A DNA stretch of 63,648 nt, filler included, from Octopus bimaculoides (GCF_001194135.2; 4 parts of 4 records of this genome joined end to end with filler, not necessarily neighbours in it); one strand, 5' to 3'; shown: positions 37,746 through 52,974, counted from the whole stretch's first letter. Made by a program: numbers and translations. Notes: a model not told the origin generated them from the letters alone.

Positions 37746-38229
37746 AGGACAACGGAAAGCTACTTTTTGTATAGAATATTTAAGTTATTGTGACTAAATA
37801 TGTGTAAGATAATTTCAATGCATGGTTATACGATACGTAAGTTCAAAGTTCACAGTCACTACGATAGAACTCATATCAAAATATACTTAATTAAATTCCG
37901 TAGACATTACATAAAATCTAAGCAGGCGAAATAATTTCCCTTATGTAAAATATATTATATATTCCACTCAAACAACGTCAGCAATGTGTTGTTTTATACG
38001 CCGGGAAAATCGCCAAATTATTATCCGGAGACATAACAGATGACAAAGCAGTATAAATTTGTTATGAAGGAAAACGTACTTACACATTTAAAAGCTGTCC
38101 AAAAAGTTTGATACATTCTATTTTCTGAGGCTGTGTCACATTACTATTAATCACAAATGTTGTCATTGATACAAGATCTGAAAAACGATGTGTTGACTCA
38201 GGAGAAATTTGTAATTTGTAACTTATAAC

Positions 38230-38815
38230 GAAATTTTCGTCTATCTTTACGTTCTCAGTTCAAATTGCACCAAGGTCAACTTCGGCTTTCATCCTTTCAG
38301 GGTCGATGGATTAAATACCAGTTGCGTATTTTGAGTCGATCTAATCGGCTGCCCCAAAACTTTCGGGCCTTGTGCCCAGAGCAGAAAATATTTTAACAGA
38401 AGAAGGTGAGCAGGCAGAAACGTTAGCACGATGGGCGAAACGCTTAGCAGTATTTCATCTGTTTTTACGTTCTGAGTTCAAACTACGCCGAGGTCGACTT
38501 TGCCTTTCATCCTTTCGGGGGAGGGGGGGTCGATAAATTAAGTACCAGTTACGAACTGGGGTCGATGTAATCGACAATCCCTTTGTCCTTGTTTGCCCCC
38601 TCTATGTTTAGCCCCTTGTGGTCAATAAAGAAATAAGAAACTTCACCACGCCGGCTTAGCGGTATTTCGCCTTTCTTTACGTTCTTAGTTCAAATTCAGC
38701 CGAGGTCGACTTTCGGTGTCGATAAATCAATTACCTGTTGCGTCTTGGGATCGATCTAATCGATTTGACCCCCTCCCCAAATGTTTCGGGCTTTTGTTTC
38801 CATAGAGTAGAGAGG
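38230..38815 (+). mobile_element. Stack of three head-to-tail family A SINEs
   Basis: Copies at ~38230-38392, 38403-38635 and ~38646-38815, each with cgttct.agttcaaat and ggtcga motifs; two different tails. Confidence 0.85.
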
Positions 38816-38995
38816 AATGTATAACGAACTTCATGCAAACTAGCAATATGCAAATTAAAACCAGAAAATCTATCTTTCAATTTTGTGTTTTAGCCTAAAT
38901 ATAGCGTGATATGTTTGAAAATTAGTTTTACGTTAACTAATAACACGTGATTTAACTGACTATATATATTTATATATATAATTTTTGTTTGTTCC

Positions 38996-39273
38996 TTCTC
39001 GAGTCATGCCTGACTCATAGGGTCCGGTTTACCGGTTTCATTGGCGTAGAGGTTCTCCGTCTCAACGGGACGCCGATCAGTCGTAGATAGGCTGCTAGGT
39101 GCCGGAGGAAAGAGTGAAAAAAAGCTGTGGCGAAAGAGTCAGCATAATTTGCCATTACCTTCTGCCAGAGCCGCGTGGAGCTTAGGCGTTACGCTCATAA
39201 ACACACACATCACGCGGTCTGAGATTTGAACCCTCGACCGTGGGTCCGCTGCTCTAACCACTAGGCTATATGC
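38996..39273 (-). mobile_element. SINE family D (tRNA-derived)
   Basis: Minus-strand head gcatatagcctagtggttagagcagcggaccc...gttcaaatctcagacc; homologous to 59834-59965. Confidence 0.8.
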
Positions 39274-39706
39274 TGACTATATTACCTTATTCTGATCAAC
39301 ATGTAGTGAATCAGCCTAAATATGACGACAAATATACTGAAATCATTCTACGTTCAGTTTGGAAACTTTTCTGTGCTGAATACTGACGTTTCAGAATATT
39401 TATCATGTAAAATCATAAATTGTATACAGCTGTTTGAAGAAAAGAAATAATAAAATACTGAACATCCAAACATCCCCAATATGAAATAACTCGTGAAAAA
39501 CAGGTGCATTACGAGTAGCTCACTTCCATGAACGCTAATAAAGGAACTAACTTGAACAATGTAGTACAATATAGAGATTGGGTGTTGTAAAATGAAAATA
39601 TACTGCATGCGGTAAAATAAAAATAGAGTTTGTAATAAAGAAGAGTATACAATCAGTAAATATAAAGTAAGATTCTTGCAAATGAGTACAAGAAAAGACA
39701 AATATA

Positions 39707-39833
39707 CGAGGTGTCCACAAAGTCTAGGTACATGGAGATTAAAACATACTTTAAGAAATTATTATTTCTTATATTTAATTGCTTATATTATGATTTTATT
39801 TAATCCATGTACCCAGACCTTGTGGAAACCCTC
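39707..39833. mobile_element. 127-bp Tc1/mariner-type MITE
   Basis: ~30-bp imperfect TIRs (cgaggtgtccacaaagtctaggtacatgga and tccatgtacccagaccttgtggaaaccctc) flanked by TA on both sides. Confidence 0.65.
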
Positions 39834-40002
39834 TATAATAGAAATACAAACACAAGGAACAGACTCTAATATGAAAAAGGTAATCTGATTTAAAGATATT
39901 GTAAAACCTGAAGTTTTTTGTTTAGAAAAAATGATTGACAAATTTCAATAACTGCGTTAAAAGGAATGCGAAAATAATGAATTCAAATGTTGGTGGATGG
40001 GC

Positions 40003-40170
40003 AGTAGTTTCGGAAAAGGTTAAATTGATTACATCGGCCCCGTATTCAACTGGTACTCATTTTATCGACTCTGAAAGGCTTTAATAAAAAAAATTCGATC
40101 TCGGTGGAGTTTGAACATCAGTCCATAAAGACAGACGCGACTGTAATTATTTGGCCCGGATTTCTAACGA
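40003..40170 (-). mobile_element. Diverged SINE family A fragment
   Basis: gattacatcggcccc...ctggtactcattttatcgac...gatctcggtggagtttgaac. Confidence 0.6.
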
Positions 40171-40536
40171 TTAGTTTTGAACATATTACAATAAACATTG
40201 AACCAATGAATTTCAGACTTTTGTAGTATATATGTTATTAAAATATCGAACTGCATATCTATACTTAAATATAGTTCAGTGAACCACTTGTACACAGTCA
40301 CAAAGAAACGTGCATGTACATATATATATATGCATGCATGCGTAAACACACATACATATATACATACAGATATATATGTAGATATTCATGCACGCATACA
40401 CATATATGTATACAGATATATATATATATATATATATTTATGTAGATATGCATGCACACACACATATGTATATGTTTGTATATGTTTATATAAATATCTG
40501 TCTGCATTTTCCACACTTTTGCCCTACATCTTTTGT

Positions 40537-40597
<61 letters not shown>

Positions 40598-42057
40598 CTC
40601 CGCACTCCCCTACAAACTCTTTCACACACACATATTTCCTTAAATGCATATCAAACATAGGAAAGGTAAAATTATAAAAATTTAAAGAGCCACATAAAAA
40701 AAATAATAAATACATGAAAACCAATTTTCCACATAATCAGGTTTTATTCTGACAAAACAGCATCTACAAATCAGCTGTCCCGAAAAGCCGCATTCAATAG
40801 CGCTACTCAAAGTACATATTTCTTTAATTAATTCTGTAACTAACCCCATTCATAAATATTCTTTCTGAAGATATTCTCAATCTTATATATATATATACAT
40901 ACACTTAAGTAAATAAACCAATCTATCGTCAATTCTCGGCAACATCTCTAAACACATCAAGAACGCACAGTCTTACATATAAGTAAAAGAAAAACAAACA
41001 TCACATCATAAAAATAAGGTAAACAGCCAATAAAGAGGCCAAACGTACAGCACCCAATCAATAAACATGAAACAAACTCATGAACAATCACAAGCATTAA
41101 ACTACGACTGCCACCACAATTTGTAAGAAATGTAAATACCCCGTGAGAAACGTTAGCGTAAACAAATGAAGCAATCCGAAAAGCAGCTTCAAGTCAGCAA
41201 ATTGTTATGAAAACAAGCATATGTATTAAACGATACATATATATATATATATATATATGAAATGATATAAATGCCACGCCAAACCATACGCACATACACA
41301 CTCATACAAAAGGATATAAACATACCGTCTATACCGCACACGAGGGCGCTTTTGTGTATATAATGCTGTTTGTAAAATTTTTGTTTGACAATTAGATAAT
41401 AATTCATTCAATGAAAGAAATAAAGCGTGTAGATGTTTTCAATAATTTATGTATGTGTTTGTGGATATGTATACTGTGTGTCAAAGAAAGAAAAGTGATC
41501 GATTGGTAAACAAATATGCGAGATATATACTTGTGAGTTGAATCTGCTGACACAATATGTATTTACGCCTACCAGTATAAGAAGAAAAAAATTCTCCGGG
41601 CAGAAACACTGTTTTGAAGCATAAATAGGACAATCACTTATACTTCAGTATATTATCCAGTGTTTTTCAACAGAATAAGAAACACGTTTATATCGAAACT
41701 CGATAAACATGTGACCTACATTTCGATTGAAAAGAAGAAATATAATTTGTATTGGCGTTTTTGTTTTTACCATACATGAATTACTTTTGTAGGTTTCCTT
41801 TGTAATTGTTAGAAGATTTTCTTCAAATAAGAGATTTTTTTTACAGACATTTCTCATAATTCGTTATATGTGAAAACAAATTCTTGAAATACTCCTTATA
41901 ATGTTGTTAGCGGTATCGAAATTATGAATACAGAAAGGAAGCACAATAATTTCTTTTTAATAAGTATAAAATGGAAACGCAAAAAATATCACAACAAAGA
42001 TCTTTACGCAGCAACCTCAATAACAGCGTAACATAGATCCAAATATTCCTATTGAAT

Positions 42058-42175
42058 ATTCTTTTCTGCACTAGGCACAAGGCCCGACACTTTGGGGGAG
42101 GGGACCAGTAGGTTAGATCGACGCCAGTATGCATCTGGCACCTAATTCATTGACCCCCGAGAGGATGAAAGGAAA
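42058..42175 (-). mobile_element. SINE family A fragment (short-tail variant)
   Basis: ctaggcacaaggcccga...tagatcgac...gacccccgagaggatgaaagg. Confidence 0.65.
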
Positions 42176-45100
42176 GCAAGTTTAACACAATTTAGAATGA
42201 TACAACAACATCTCCTCAGCTATAAAACCGATGTATCCAAATTAATGCTGAAACAAGAAAACATGTAATCGTCATATCACGGACTCATGCCCACTTGCTA
42301 GATCCTGCCTGCGCAGAAATGTAGTTTATAAGTGCCGTGTAGAGATGCATGTGACATATAGCGTAAGAGCTTACAAAGGAAGTAATACTGATTTTAAGGG
42401 TCGCTATAGGGATCATTTGAATTTTTTTACTAACTTAAACTATAAATTCACAACAACATAGCTACATATATACACGAACCTAAGTTAAAGAATATACAAT
42501 ATTCATTCACTTGGTCTACAATTGCAGAAGCCCCGCCGTTTAATACAATTACGGTTGTATGTAAATTTTGTATTAAAGAATCTATAAACATTCTCTGTTG
42601 ATATAATTCTATATTATTGAATAAGTTCTCTGATGTTATGTTCTCTTGTAACCATAGATACCATTCAACATTTAAGCCTTTTGATCAATCCGGAGAGAAT
42701 GATCATAAAACTGTATAATTAGATACATTTCACCTAATATTTATACTCGCGCTATCCATCACCTTCCTCTTAGTGAATAAATGCTTGATTATAATCTACC
42801 ATATTTTCTAAATTTACTTCCCACAATTCTTGCTATATTTCCTCTTCCTACTAACATGTATAGCTTTTTATAAAACCAAAAACCCATTTGCCCATTATGA
42901 CAGTATATGAAATATGAACCCTAATACATTCTCCCTGGTGAAGGGGTCAGTGTGTAAAATTTGGAAAGGAGTATCCTTTATTTGTATGGATTACTGTACT
43001 ATTGAAAGAGCCGTCGGAGTATCACCACTTAATTCTTGAAATTGAAGTACCTACATCTAATAATTGGAAATTTATCTTCCATTTGGATGCTTAAACATTT
43101 CTTTATTCACCTTTTCGCAAGAATTTACACTCTTATTTTTAATGTTTTTTAAATATATTTTTAGAATATGTTATTAAATATTTTTAACAACGCTCTTAAT
43201 CTGTAAGTAGGCCTATGTTTTAAAAATACCCCTTTTAAGATGCTAATATATTTTTTCTATCAGTATAGTTTTCCTACGCATATGTGTCTAATATATTCTG
43301 ATATATTTATGTATTTGTAATTTTTTTTAATATTTTGTAATATTTTAATTAGTGATACATTAAATATGTTTCAATAATTTGCATACACCGGTTTTATGAC
43401 TGAGTATATTCTGCATTATTATTCTAAATTGTTTAAGCTACCTGAATTTTCTTTTTAAATATAATGTGTGCGAGTGTGTGTGTTGTTATATTTGGGGTGG
43501 GCAGTGATTTTTACCAATTAAATACACCCACTATATGCACTGCATTTATTAACCCGTATTTCATTTTAGTGTCCTCTTAACTTCCATCACTTTCATTCCT
43601 GCGTGTTTCCTCCTGTTGTGTTCATGCTATTCTGTCAGAATGGACTAACATGATAATATTATTACCAAATATAACAATATCTCTTTCAACATACGATTTC
43701 ACATCAAGTATCTTTCAAATCAGATACATAAACAGATATATACATGCGTATACATGTATGCATGCATTACGTAATTATATATACACATTTGTTATTTATA
43801 TTTATATTTATCTATACGCAGAGTTAGAAATGAACGTGAGATAAATACGTAGGAGAGCATTAAGGCGACGTTCATGTGTATGCGTGTATTGCTTCTACAT
43901 GCTTCTACACGAGAAGTTTTAATTACTCTATGTTCCATTCATGATTTACGATGTGATTTAAATATAATGTTCGAATAAATAGTACCTCCCGTTTGCAAAC
44001 ATCTGCAACAAACTGTTCTACCACATTTGCCTTTCACTAGATTGATATTCGTTTTCAATAAGATATTCCAATAAGTTATTTGTTTTAATTTGCGGCTTGT
44101 TTGGTACGTTATTTATCACTATTGTGGGAACTCATATTGTTCCAGTTACAAAAGGTATTATTAGAAACGACACCAGTTTCGTCTTTTAGAATTTGACGTT
44201 TAAGATTGCAAATTAGCATAGCAATCGCTTTTGTTCGATCACGACAAAGGATATCGATTATTGACTTGTAGAATAAGGAAATGATAATAAAACTTGTTTT
44301 AATGTGACGAATATGTAGGACATTTGAGATATTTCTAAAGGCTCTTGTTTAGCATAGACCTTATACGCACACAGACAGACACACATAGACACACACATAC
44401 ACAAACACACATGTATATATATATATATATCCGTGTGTGTGTGTGTGTGTGTGTGGGTCCAGAAAAAATCACGATATCGAAAAGCAACATGACAGAGAAA
44501 GAATGATGTAAATTTGGTAGTTAGTCCTTTATCATAGCATGGAATGAATCCGGGCAGGGTAGTTCACTGTATTGCGATAATCTGCAACTTCAGTAGTATC
44601 CAAACGTATGCAAAGGTGGATAGGACACTCATGTGGCGTGAAGACATAGAATAATGAGGAATGCGTTATCTGTTGCTGTTATTTTTTATGTAAACGTGGT
44701 AAGTTAGACATGACGAATGCATAACCCTGTACGATTATGTAATAATTTACTCAACACTCAATTCACCAGGTATATTATAAAAATTAATGAACAATGACAT
44801 GTGGATTAATCAATGGATTATCAACAAATGAAATTTCAAATCAAAATTACTAATATTTCAGAAATGTAAATTGGCTAGTACCACACTTTTTTAGTCATGA
44901 GAGTGGATAGCAGAGTTTAAATTAAAGAAGAGATCAAAGCCATTTCTATTCTAAAGATATCATTAAACATTGGAACTCGCTAATGCTGGCTGATATTGAC
45001 CAAACAGGCCTGTGTTCCAGAGGCACGCAAGACTTGACATGTGACCTATCATAAGATATTTGACGACGGATGCCAACGTTGTTCAAAATGAAATCCATTT

Positions 45101-46059
45101 GCTATTTTAATTGCAGAGTACCTTAATGAATTCAAGTGTTACTTATTGATTTACATAATTTGTCTTCATTAAAGTGTTCCATTAATTATTGAATAATTAT
45201 TTAAATAAACATTTAATGAAAGGGGTTTTGAATAAAAATTTAAGGAAAGGAGATTTAGCTTATTATACTCCAGGAAAAATTTAGTGAATATGAAAACGAA
45301 CATCAATAACTATATGCGCGCGCACACCTACGTGTGTGTGTGCGTATGTGTGTTTGTGTGGCAGTGAATGAATCTTTTCATATTCGTCTGCCAAATATAT
45401 AGATAATAGGAGAGAAGCACTCACAATTTTCTTTCTCGTATTAGCTATCTTGGGTACATGTCTGAAAGAACATATGATGCGTTCCGTGGAGAAAGGGAAG
45501 AGATAAAAATTTTAAAGAAACTACAGTTTGCACTTGAAAGGTATTTTTTCAAACCGCATCTATGTAGATATATACTCGTTCTCATTGAAATTTAAGCCAG
45601 AGTGTAGCTAGAAAACATGGCACAGATGTTTCTAAGTCTTGTAAAGGCAAACGGTAGCCCCAACTCTGAAATTAAATGGATAATCTTAATGTCAGTACGT
45701 GACCACTCATTACACAAAATGCGTATTCAACTCTTAGATTCTGATAAGTCACACACACACACACACACAAAAAGACGAACCATTAGAATTCTCTGGAAAA
45801 TTTTAAAATGCTTTCGTTGGAAATTTGTAAAAAAGTTGAATATTTCCTTTCTCCAACGAATACTTTATACATCGATGTTACATTTGCCAATCATCTGGCA
45901 TTTCTAACGTGTGAACATAAGTACGTCTCTACCTGAATATATCTTTTATACAATCACAATTACGAATTAAATAGAAATTTATATCATAGCTGAATCAGTG
46001 CAGATATATTTCAGATATGTTCAGGATTGTGCGTGTGTCTCTACACATACGCACAAACC

Positions 46060-46210
46060 TGGACGTTCTGAGTTCGATTTTCAGCGAGGAAGACTTGCCA
46101 CACTTCTCTTCAGTGTCAAAAATAAAAGTACCAGCTCTGCAGAGGGGCCCATTTAATCGATTTACACCATCCCTCCGAAATTGCTGGCCTTGTGCCAAAA
46201 TTTGAAACCT
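46060..46210 (+). mobile_element. Diverged SINE family A variant
   Basis: acgttctgagttcgat...aaagtaccag...gaaattgctggccttgtgccaaaatttgaaacc. Confidence 0.6.
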
Positions 46211-47540
46211 ACATAAACTATGTTATTAAGACACTTTACATTTTTATATATGTGCACGAGATACTTTCAATGCAGAATTACATACAATTAGATGTGTTCA
46301 CCGCAAGGTTAAGCTGCATATTAAAAAAAAAAACCGATGGAAAATGTTTGACTCAAAAATCATGTCACTCTCTTTACGACAGGCATGGATTCTCTTAAAA
46401 TGAACGTAAGCAAAGCTCATAGAAGCACGTACTCAAGCACATACACACACTCAAGAAGAAAAACACGCATATATATATGCATATATATATATTATACATA
46501 TATATATATATATATACATATTTATATTAAACATAAGGCGGTGCTCCAGCATGGCCACAGTCAAAAGACTGAAACAAGTAAAATAAAAAAAATAGTATAT
46601 ATATATATATATANNNNNNNNNNNNNNNNNNNNNNNNNNNNNNNNNNNNNNNNNNNNNNNNNNNNNNNNNNNNNNNNNNNNNNNNNNNNNNNNNNNNNNN
46701 NNNNNNNNNNNNNNNNNNNNNNNNNNNNNNNNNNNNNNNNNNNNNNNNNNNNNNNNNNNNNNNNNNNNNNNNNNNNNNNNNNNNNNNNNNNNNNNNNNNN
46801 NNNNNNNNNNNNNNNNNNNNNNNNNNNNNNNNNNNNNNNNNNNNNNNNNNNNNNNNNNNNNNNNNNNNNNNNNNNNNNNNNNNNNNNNNNNNNNNNNNNN
46901 NNNNNNNNNNNNNNNNNNNNNNNNNNNNNNNNNNNNNNNNNNNNNNNNNNNNNNNNNNNNNNNNNNNNNNNNNNNNNNNNNNNNNNNNNNNNNNNNNNNN
47001 NNNNNNNNNNNNNNNNNNNNNNNNNNNNNNNNNNNNNNNNNNNNNNNNNNNNNNNNNNNNNNNNNNNNNNNNNNNNNNNNNNNNNNNNNNNNNNNNNNNN
47101 NNNNNNNNNNNNNNNNNNNNNNNNNNNNNNNNNNNNNNNNNNNNNNNNNNNNNNNNNNNNNNNNNNNNNNNNNNNNNNNNNNNNNNNNNNNNNNNNNNNN
47201 NNNNNNNNNNNNNNNNNNNNNNNNNNNNNNNNNNNNNNNNNNNNNNNNNNNNNNNNNNNNNNNNNNNNNNNNNNNNNNNNNNNNNNNNNNNNNNNNNNNN
47301 NNNNNNNNNNNNNNNNNNNNNNNNNNNNNNNNNNNNNNNNNNNNNNNNNNNNNNNNNNNNNNNNNNNNNNNNNNNNNNNNNNNNNNNNNNNNNNNNNNNN
47401 NNNNNNNNNNNNNNNNNNNNNNNNNNNNNNNNNNNNNNNNNNNNNNNNNNNNNNNNNNNNNNNNNNNNNNNNNNNNNNNNNNNNNNNNNNNNNNNNNNNN
47501 NNNNNNNNNNNNNNNNNNNNNNNNNNNNNNNATATATATG

Positions 47541-47571
<31 letters not shown>

Positions 47572-49061
47572 GTGTGTGTGTGTGTGTGTCTGTCTGTCTG
47601 TCTGTCTGTCTGCTTTAATTAACATTTTATGTTAAGCTATCAAAAACAATGTCAAGCTATATAGCAAAAACAATTATTTCACTGTTTTTCTTAAGTAGAA
47701 ATTTATTATTCTTAAAGAGGAATACTGTTATGACGTTGCAGCCATGGTCGAGCGCACTGTAATTTTACATATTTGTGTGTATGTTTCTCTGTGTGTTTGT
47801 GTACGTGTGTTTGTGTGTACATACGTGTATGCATCTAGGCATCTTCCTCTTCCTGTTAATGTGCATATAAGTGTGTATGAGCACGTTTGTCCTTGTACGA
47901 ATAACAATCTGATGCCAAGCGAATACCTTCGAAAAAGATTCTTTCAAGCTGAAAATGGTTGAAAGTCTCTAATGTCACTTTGTAATAGAGATTAGCATTA
48001 AGACATGCTTTGAATTTATGAAACAGTCTTCGTTTTAAAGAAACAAACATCTGAAGGTCACATCATTTGGAAATTTGTAAACTTAATTTAATAAATCACT
48101 GTTATATTCTCTGTTACAATAGCCTATGCTTTCATGTCAATGGTAATTAGTGACAGTCTGTGTAAACTATGATAATATTCTTTAAACAAAAGAGTGAAAT
48201 TTTAAAAAGACGAATCACGTTTATGTATCGGCAGGAACAAAGCAGTGTCATTTATTTCTATGGTTACATTGGATAGTTTAAGAAGTAGTGATACGGTACA
48301 ACAGCGAACTTTTTTTCAGAATAGAGTGTGTTTATTGCTGATAATTTTGGTTCAAATTTCACAAAACAATAATTGTCAACATTAACGTTAATGATACAAA
48401 AGCTTTAATATTTCGTTTGATTCCGTATGTATCGTTGTCTGTAAGAGCAGACGTATGAGGAATTTACATGAGGTATTTTGAGCGATGTATTATTGATCTT
48501 TTGTTCCATATCACTGAAGTTATACGTTCATATATATGTGATAATTACAAATATTTAATGTGGTGGTTGACTTATTGAACAGAAGACGGAATTTCAATTA
48601 AACTATGTTATCATTACATTAGTATATGCTCGAAAAACGAGAGTAGAAAAACAGCCAACAACTGATGAAGGGTCGTTGTTTGTCTTGTTTTCCATTTGTG
48701 ACTTTCGTCGTTCGAAAAAACAGTTCATATTCCATGTACTTATACTTCGTATTTTTTTGTTGTACACATTTCATGACGTCGTGTGCCACATATGCATGTA
48801 TATATGCGTATAGATGTATGTACGTATACGCATATATATATGCATATATATATNNNNNNNNNNNNNNNNNNNNNNNNNNNNNNNNNNNNNNNNNNNNNNN
48901 NNNNNNNNNNNNNNNNNNNNNNNNNNNNNNNNNNNNNNNNNNNNTATATATATATATTATATATGTATATATGTATATATATATATTTATATGTATATGT
49001 ATATGTATGTATATGTATATATATATATGTGTGTGTGTGTGTATATGTGTTTGTGTGTGTA

Positions 49062-49099
<38 letters not shown>

Positions 49100-49557
49100 T
49101 GTGCGTTTGTTTGTGTAGTCATAAATACATACGTAGACATAACATAATCATCAACAGGAATATGTGAATAATTACATAGATATGGTGAATCGTAGTTTAG
49201 GAATCTATTGTTCTATAAAATGGAAGATGCAATGCGTCTAACCGCACATCTCTGATTTTGTAAGCGCTAGTGTAATACATATTATATTTTCACGATAATT
49301 CACCGTTTAAGAAAATGAAATATATCACATGTAGCATATCAACTGATTTTCAGAACCCCTAGTAGAGTATCAGCGAAGGAATGCGTCCGTGGTTAAGAAC
49401 TTTACTTGGCAACCACGCATTTTCGGGCACAGTTCTATAGCGGGGCACTAAACCACTTAACTGCTATTGCCACTGGGCTGACCAATGTCTAGCAAACTGA
49501 AACTGTGTAGAAGGCTGTTGTATATTTGCATAAACGTATCTATATGTATGTATATAC

Positions 49558-49607
<50 letters not shown>

Positions 49608-51402
49608 TCACATACATCCAAGCATCCATACATTCATGCATACATACATACGTACATACATACATACATACATACATACATGCATGCATGCATGCATGCA
49701 TACATACATACATACATATATACATACATACATACATTCTTATATATGTAAGTGTGTTTGCTCATGTATTTGTGTTTGTATCTCAACTGCTTGTTATACA
49801 GTGTTGTTTTTTGTACAACTGGTTATTTTAACGGTTCAGGAAAAGTAAACGACAGATGAAGTGCCAGGCTTTAATATACAGAGAATGAATTCGATTAGTT
49901 CTTCTAAACTTTTCAGATCGTCGGCCTACCTGGCCTCAACTTGATGTCTGAAACAATTAACGATAAAGTATAATGATAAACTAATTATATATATATTAGA
50001 TTTGCGAACATTCAGTGAGAATTCACCTGGATGAACTAATTTGGTCATCGACGTGTAAAATGATAGTGAAATCAAATTTTTTAGAAGTGAGTAAAGTTAC
50101 CTTTTTGAGTCATACCACTCATAAGAACCGGTTTCTCAGTTTCCTGATGTATTCTATATCCCATGCGGAAGGGATGCCAGTCTGTTGCATGATTACTCTT
50201 TTCTACCTACTCTGTGAACAGAACACAAGCTTTGCAGCATCCAAGAATCGGTCATGAGTCGAAAACAGCAAACTTTAAGACGCACATCTCTACATTCCAT
50301 TTAAAATATGCACTTACAATGAAGCATTTTTTAAAATTTGAAATTGCAATAGAGGAATTCTTTCGGAATAAATTTCTTAGGAAAGGTATGAAATAAAGCC
50401 TGTAAATATATAAATATATATAAAGTTTTCTTCCGTAGAATGTCACATTATTTCCATTTTTCATAGCGATATTTGTGGTAAGTGTTAAAAAATAACTCTA
50501 GGAGTAGATTATTTTTATATCGTCATACATTGAAAACATAAGTGGAGATGACTTACAATTAAGAGCTTCAAAGTGTGAAGAACATTTTCTCCCACTCAAG
50601 TAAGAACACTATATATANNNNNNNNNNNNNNNNNNNNNNNNNNNNNNNNNNNNNNNNNNNNNNNNNNNNNNNNNNNNNNNNNNNNNNNNNNNNNNNNNNN
50701 NNNNNNNNNNNNNNNNNCATCTATATATAAATAAATATATATATTTATGTGTGTGTGTGAGAATGTCGTATGTGGAAATTAAATTCTAATTTGAACTTTT
50801 AACATTTTCTCTTCTCCATTTTTCTAATTGTTAGTAGTATTTTACGTAAGATTTTATCTTATACATGCCTATAACAAACGTTATCTAGATAGATAGATAG
50901 TTATATGTATATAGATAGATAGAAAGATAGATAGTTATATGTATATAGATAGATAGAATATATATATATGTATACGTGTGTGTGTGTGTATATATCTTTG
51001 CATATGATATATTACATTATATCTCTAAGTTTGTATGTGTGTTGCCGGGTGTATGTATAACGGAAATTAGAAATGAAGCAACAGATAAATGCGGATCGTG
51101 GAAAATAATTATTCGTAATCATATGCAAATTTGCTGCAACACGATTAAATTTGCAGTAAATAGATAATTTAGCATAACAGACATTTTAAAATTTATGAGG
51201 AGTTAACATTGCTAAGATCTATTATTTTGATGCATGTACAATTTTGTTTACATATTTTTGGAGGACATGTTTGTATCTTTCTTCGTTTGCGTGTCGTAGA
51301 TATATAACGTCTATATGTAAGTATGTATGTATGTTTATGTATAAATATACATATATATATACTTTTGTATTTTCCTTTCTTATACTTATCTTTATATATA
51401 TA

Positions 51403-51502
51403 NNNNNNNNNNNNNNNNNNNNNNNNNNNNNNNNNNNNNNNNNNNNTTAATTAATTAANNNNNNNNNNNNNNNNNNNNNNNNNNNNNNNNNNNNNNNNNN
51501 NN
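51403..51502. other. Artificial scaffold-join linker N44-TTAATTAATTAA-N44
   Basis: Same 100-bp structure as 31759-31858. Confidence 0.95.
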
Positions 51503-51858
51503 TCTCTAAAAGAAATGGAAAAACTTTCAAAATACAAAGACCTGGAAATAGAGATAACTCGAATGTGGAATCTAAAAACAGAAACAATTCCTATCATAGT
51601 AGGTGCCTTAGGTATAATAAAAAAATATTCAGACAAATACATAACAAAAATAGCAGGACTTACAAATATATATAACATACAGAAAATTGCACTACTGGGT
51701 ACTGCACACATTCTACGCAAAACACTTTCAATACAGTAAACATAAGAGCACCACAGCAAACCACAGCACATACCCAAGGCGCACAGAGCTGCGCTCGGTA
51801 GTGAAGTGAAAGCACGTTATAAAAATAAAACTACTGAATAATAATAATAATAATAATA
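51503..51858 (+). mobile_element. 3' end of Dong/R4-type non-LTR retrotransposon plus (TAA)n
   Basis: ORF 51515-51739 EKLSKYKDLEIEITRMWNLKTETIPIIVGALG...QKIALLGTAHILRK carries the KxxKY RLE motif; 3' UTR followed by (AAT)n. Confidence 0.85.
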
Positions 51859-51894
51859 CAGTATAGTACTGTTTCTACTTCTCGGACTTTCACC

Positions 51895-51946
51895 TATCGC
51901 CGGGTTTTTGAGACGTAACACTCGCGATAGTCGAGGGATTACTGTA
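51895..51946. mobile_element. Tigger/pogo-type terminal inverted repeat fragment
   Basis: cgcgatagtcgagggattactg|TA; the reverse complement TA|CAGTAATCCCTCGACTATCGCG resembles pogo-type ends. Confidence 0.45.
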
Positions 51947-52477
51947 TTTCCAATTAAGGACTTCTAATCGTGAATAATAGCCTACAGAGTAGCAGAGAAA
52001 TACTTAGATGCTTCTACATACACTGACACAATAGTATCCTCAAGTACCATGCCTCTAATAATCGCTGAAGGCAGTTGATTTTTTTTAACTTCAAAAGATT
52101 TAAAATACATTAAAGAAAGATAAAATTTTTAAAAATAACTAAAATATTTCGTGAACATACACTGGTCTTTTGATTATTGAAATATTTTTTGATAAATTCA
52201 AATGAACCAAAAATATAATAATAAAATAAAATAAAATGAGAAAACTATAAAGATAGTTGGTAAAAATATTCAACAACGTTTTTTGTGTTGTTTTGGTTTT
52301 TTTTTACAAAAATTTAAAATCCAAATTAGGAAATGGTATTTGTGGAGTTCAATTATTTTTCATTAGTTCAAAAATTTTTTCAAAGTACAAACGAAAATTG
52401 AACTCTGGCATCGAGACTTTACTGAATAAATTTTATTAAAAGGAATATTTTGATAAATATGTTTATTTACTTTGTGT

Positions 52478-52797
52478 GAAGGTGCGTGGCTTTGTGGTTA
52501 GAGGTGTTCTGCTCACGATTGTATGGCCGTGTGTTCGAGACGTGCTGGTGTGTTGTGTCCTTGAGCAAGACACTTCATTTCACGTTACTCCAGTCCATTC
52601 AGCTGGCAAAACTGAGTTGTATCTGTGTTTCAAATGACCAGCCTTGTTACTTACTGTGTTATGTTGTATCTTCTTGAGAACTATGTTAAGTGTACGCGTG
52701 TCTGTGGAATGCTCAGCCACTTGCATATTAATTCTACGAGCATGCTGTTCCATTGATCTGATCAACTGAAATACTGGTCGTTATAACTGACGGCGTA
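52478..52797 (+). mobile_element. Full-length CORE-type SINE family B
   Basis: Co-linear with 24797-25118. Confidence 0.85.
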
Positions 52798-52974
52798 GTA
52801 GTTTGAAAACAATTTGGATATTGTCTAGTTATATCGTTTTAAGCTGTGAGTTAAAATCCAGCCGCTGTCAGCATTAGTTTCATGCTTTTTGTATTGGTAA
52901 AGATGAAATAAATACCAGCTGCCTACAGGAATAAATGTAATCGACTATCATCTCATATCTCCATCTTAAAATGC

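Noticed and set aside
42450-43400. Possible highly decayed PLE on the minus strand
   Set aside because: Only vague motif resemblance; no diagnostic RT or GIY-YIG motif could be read.
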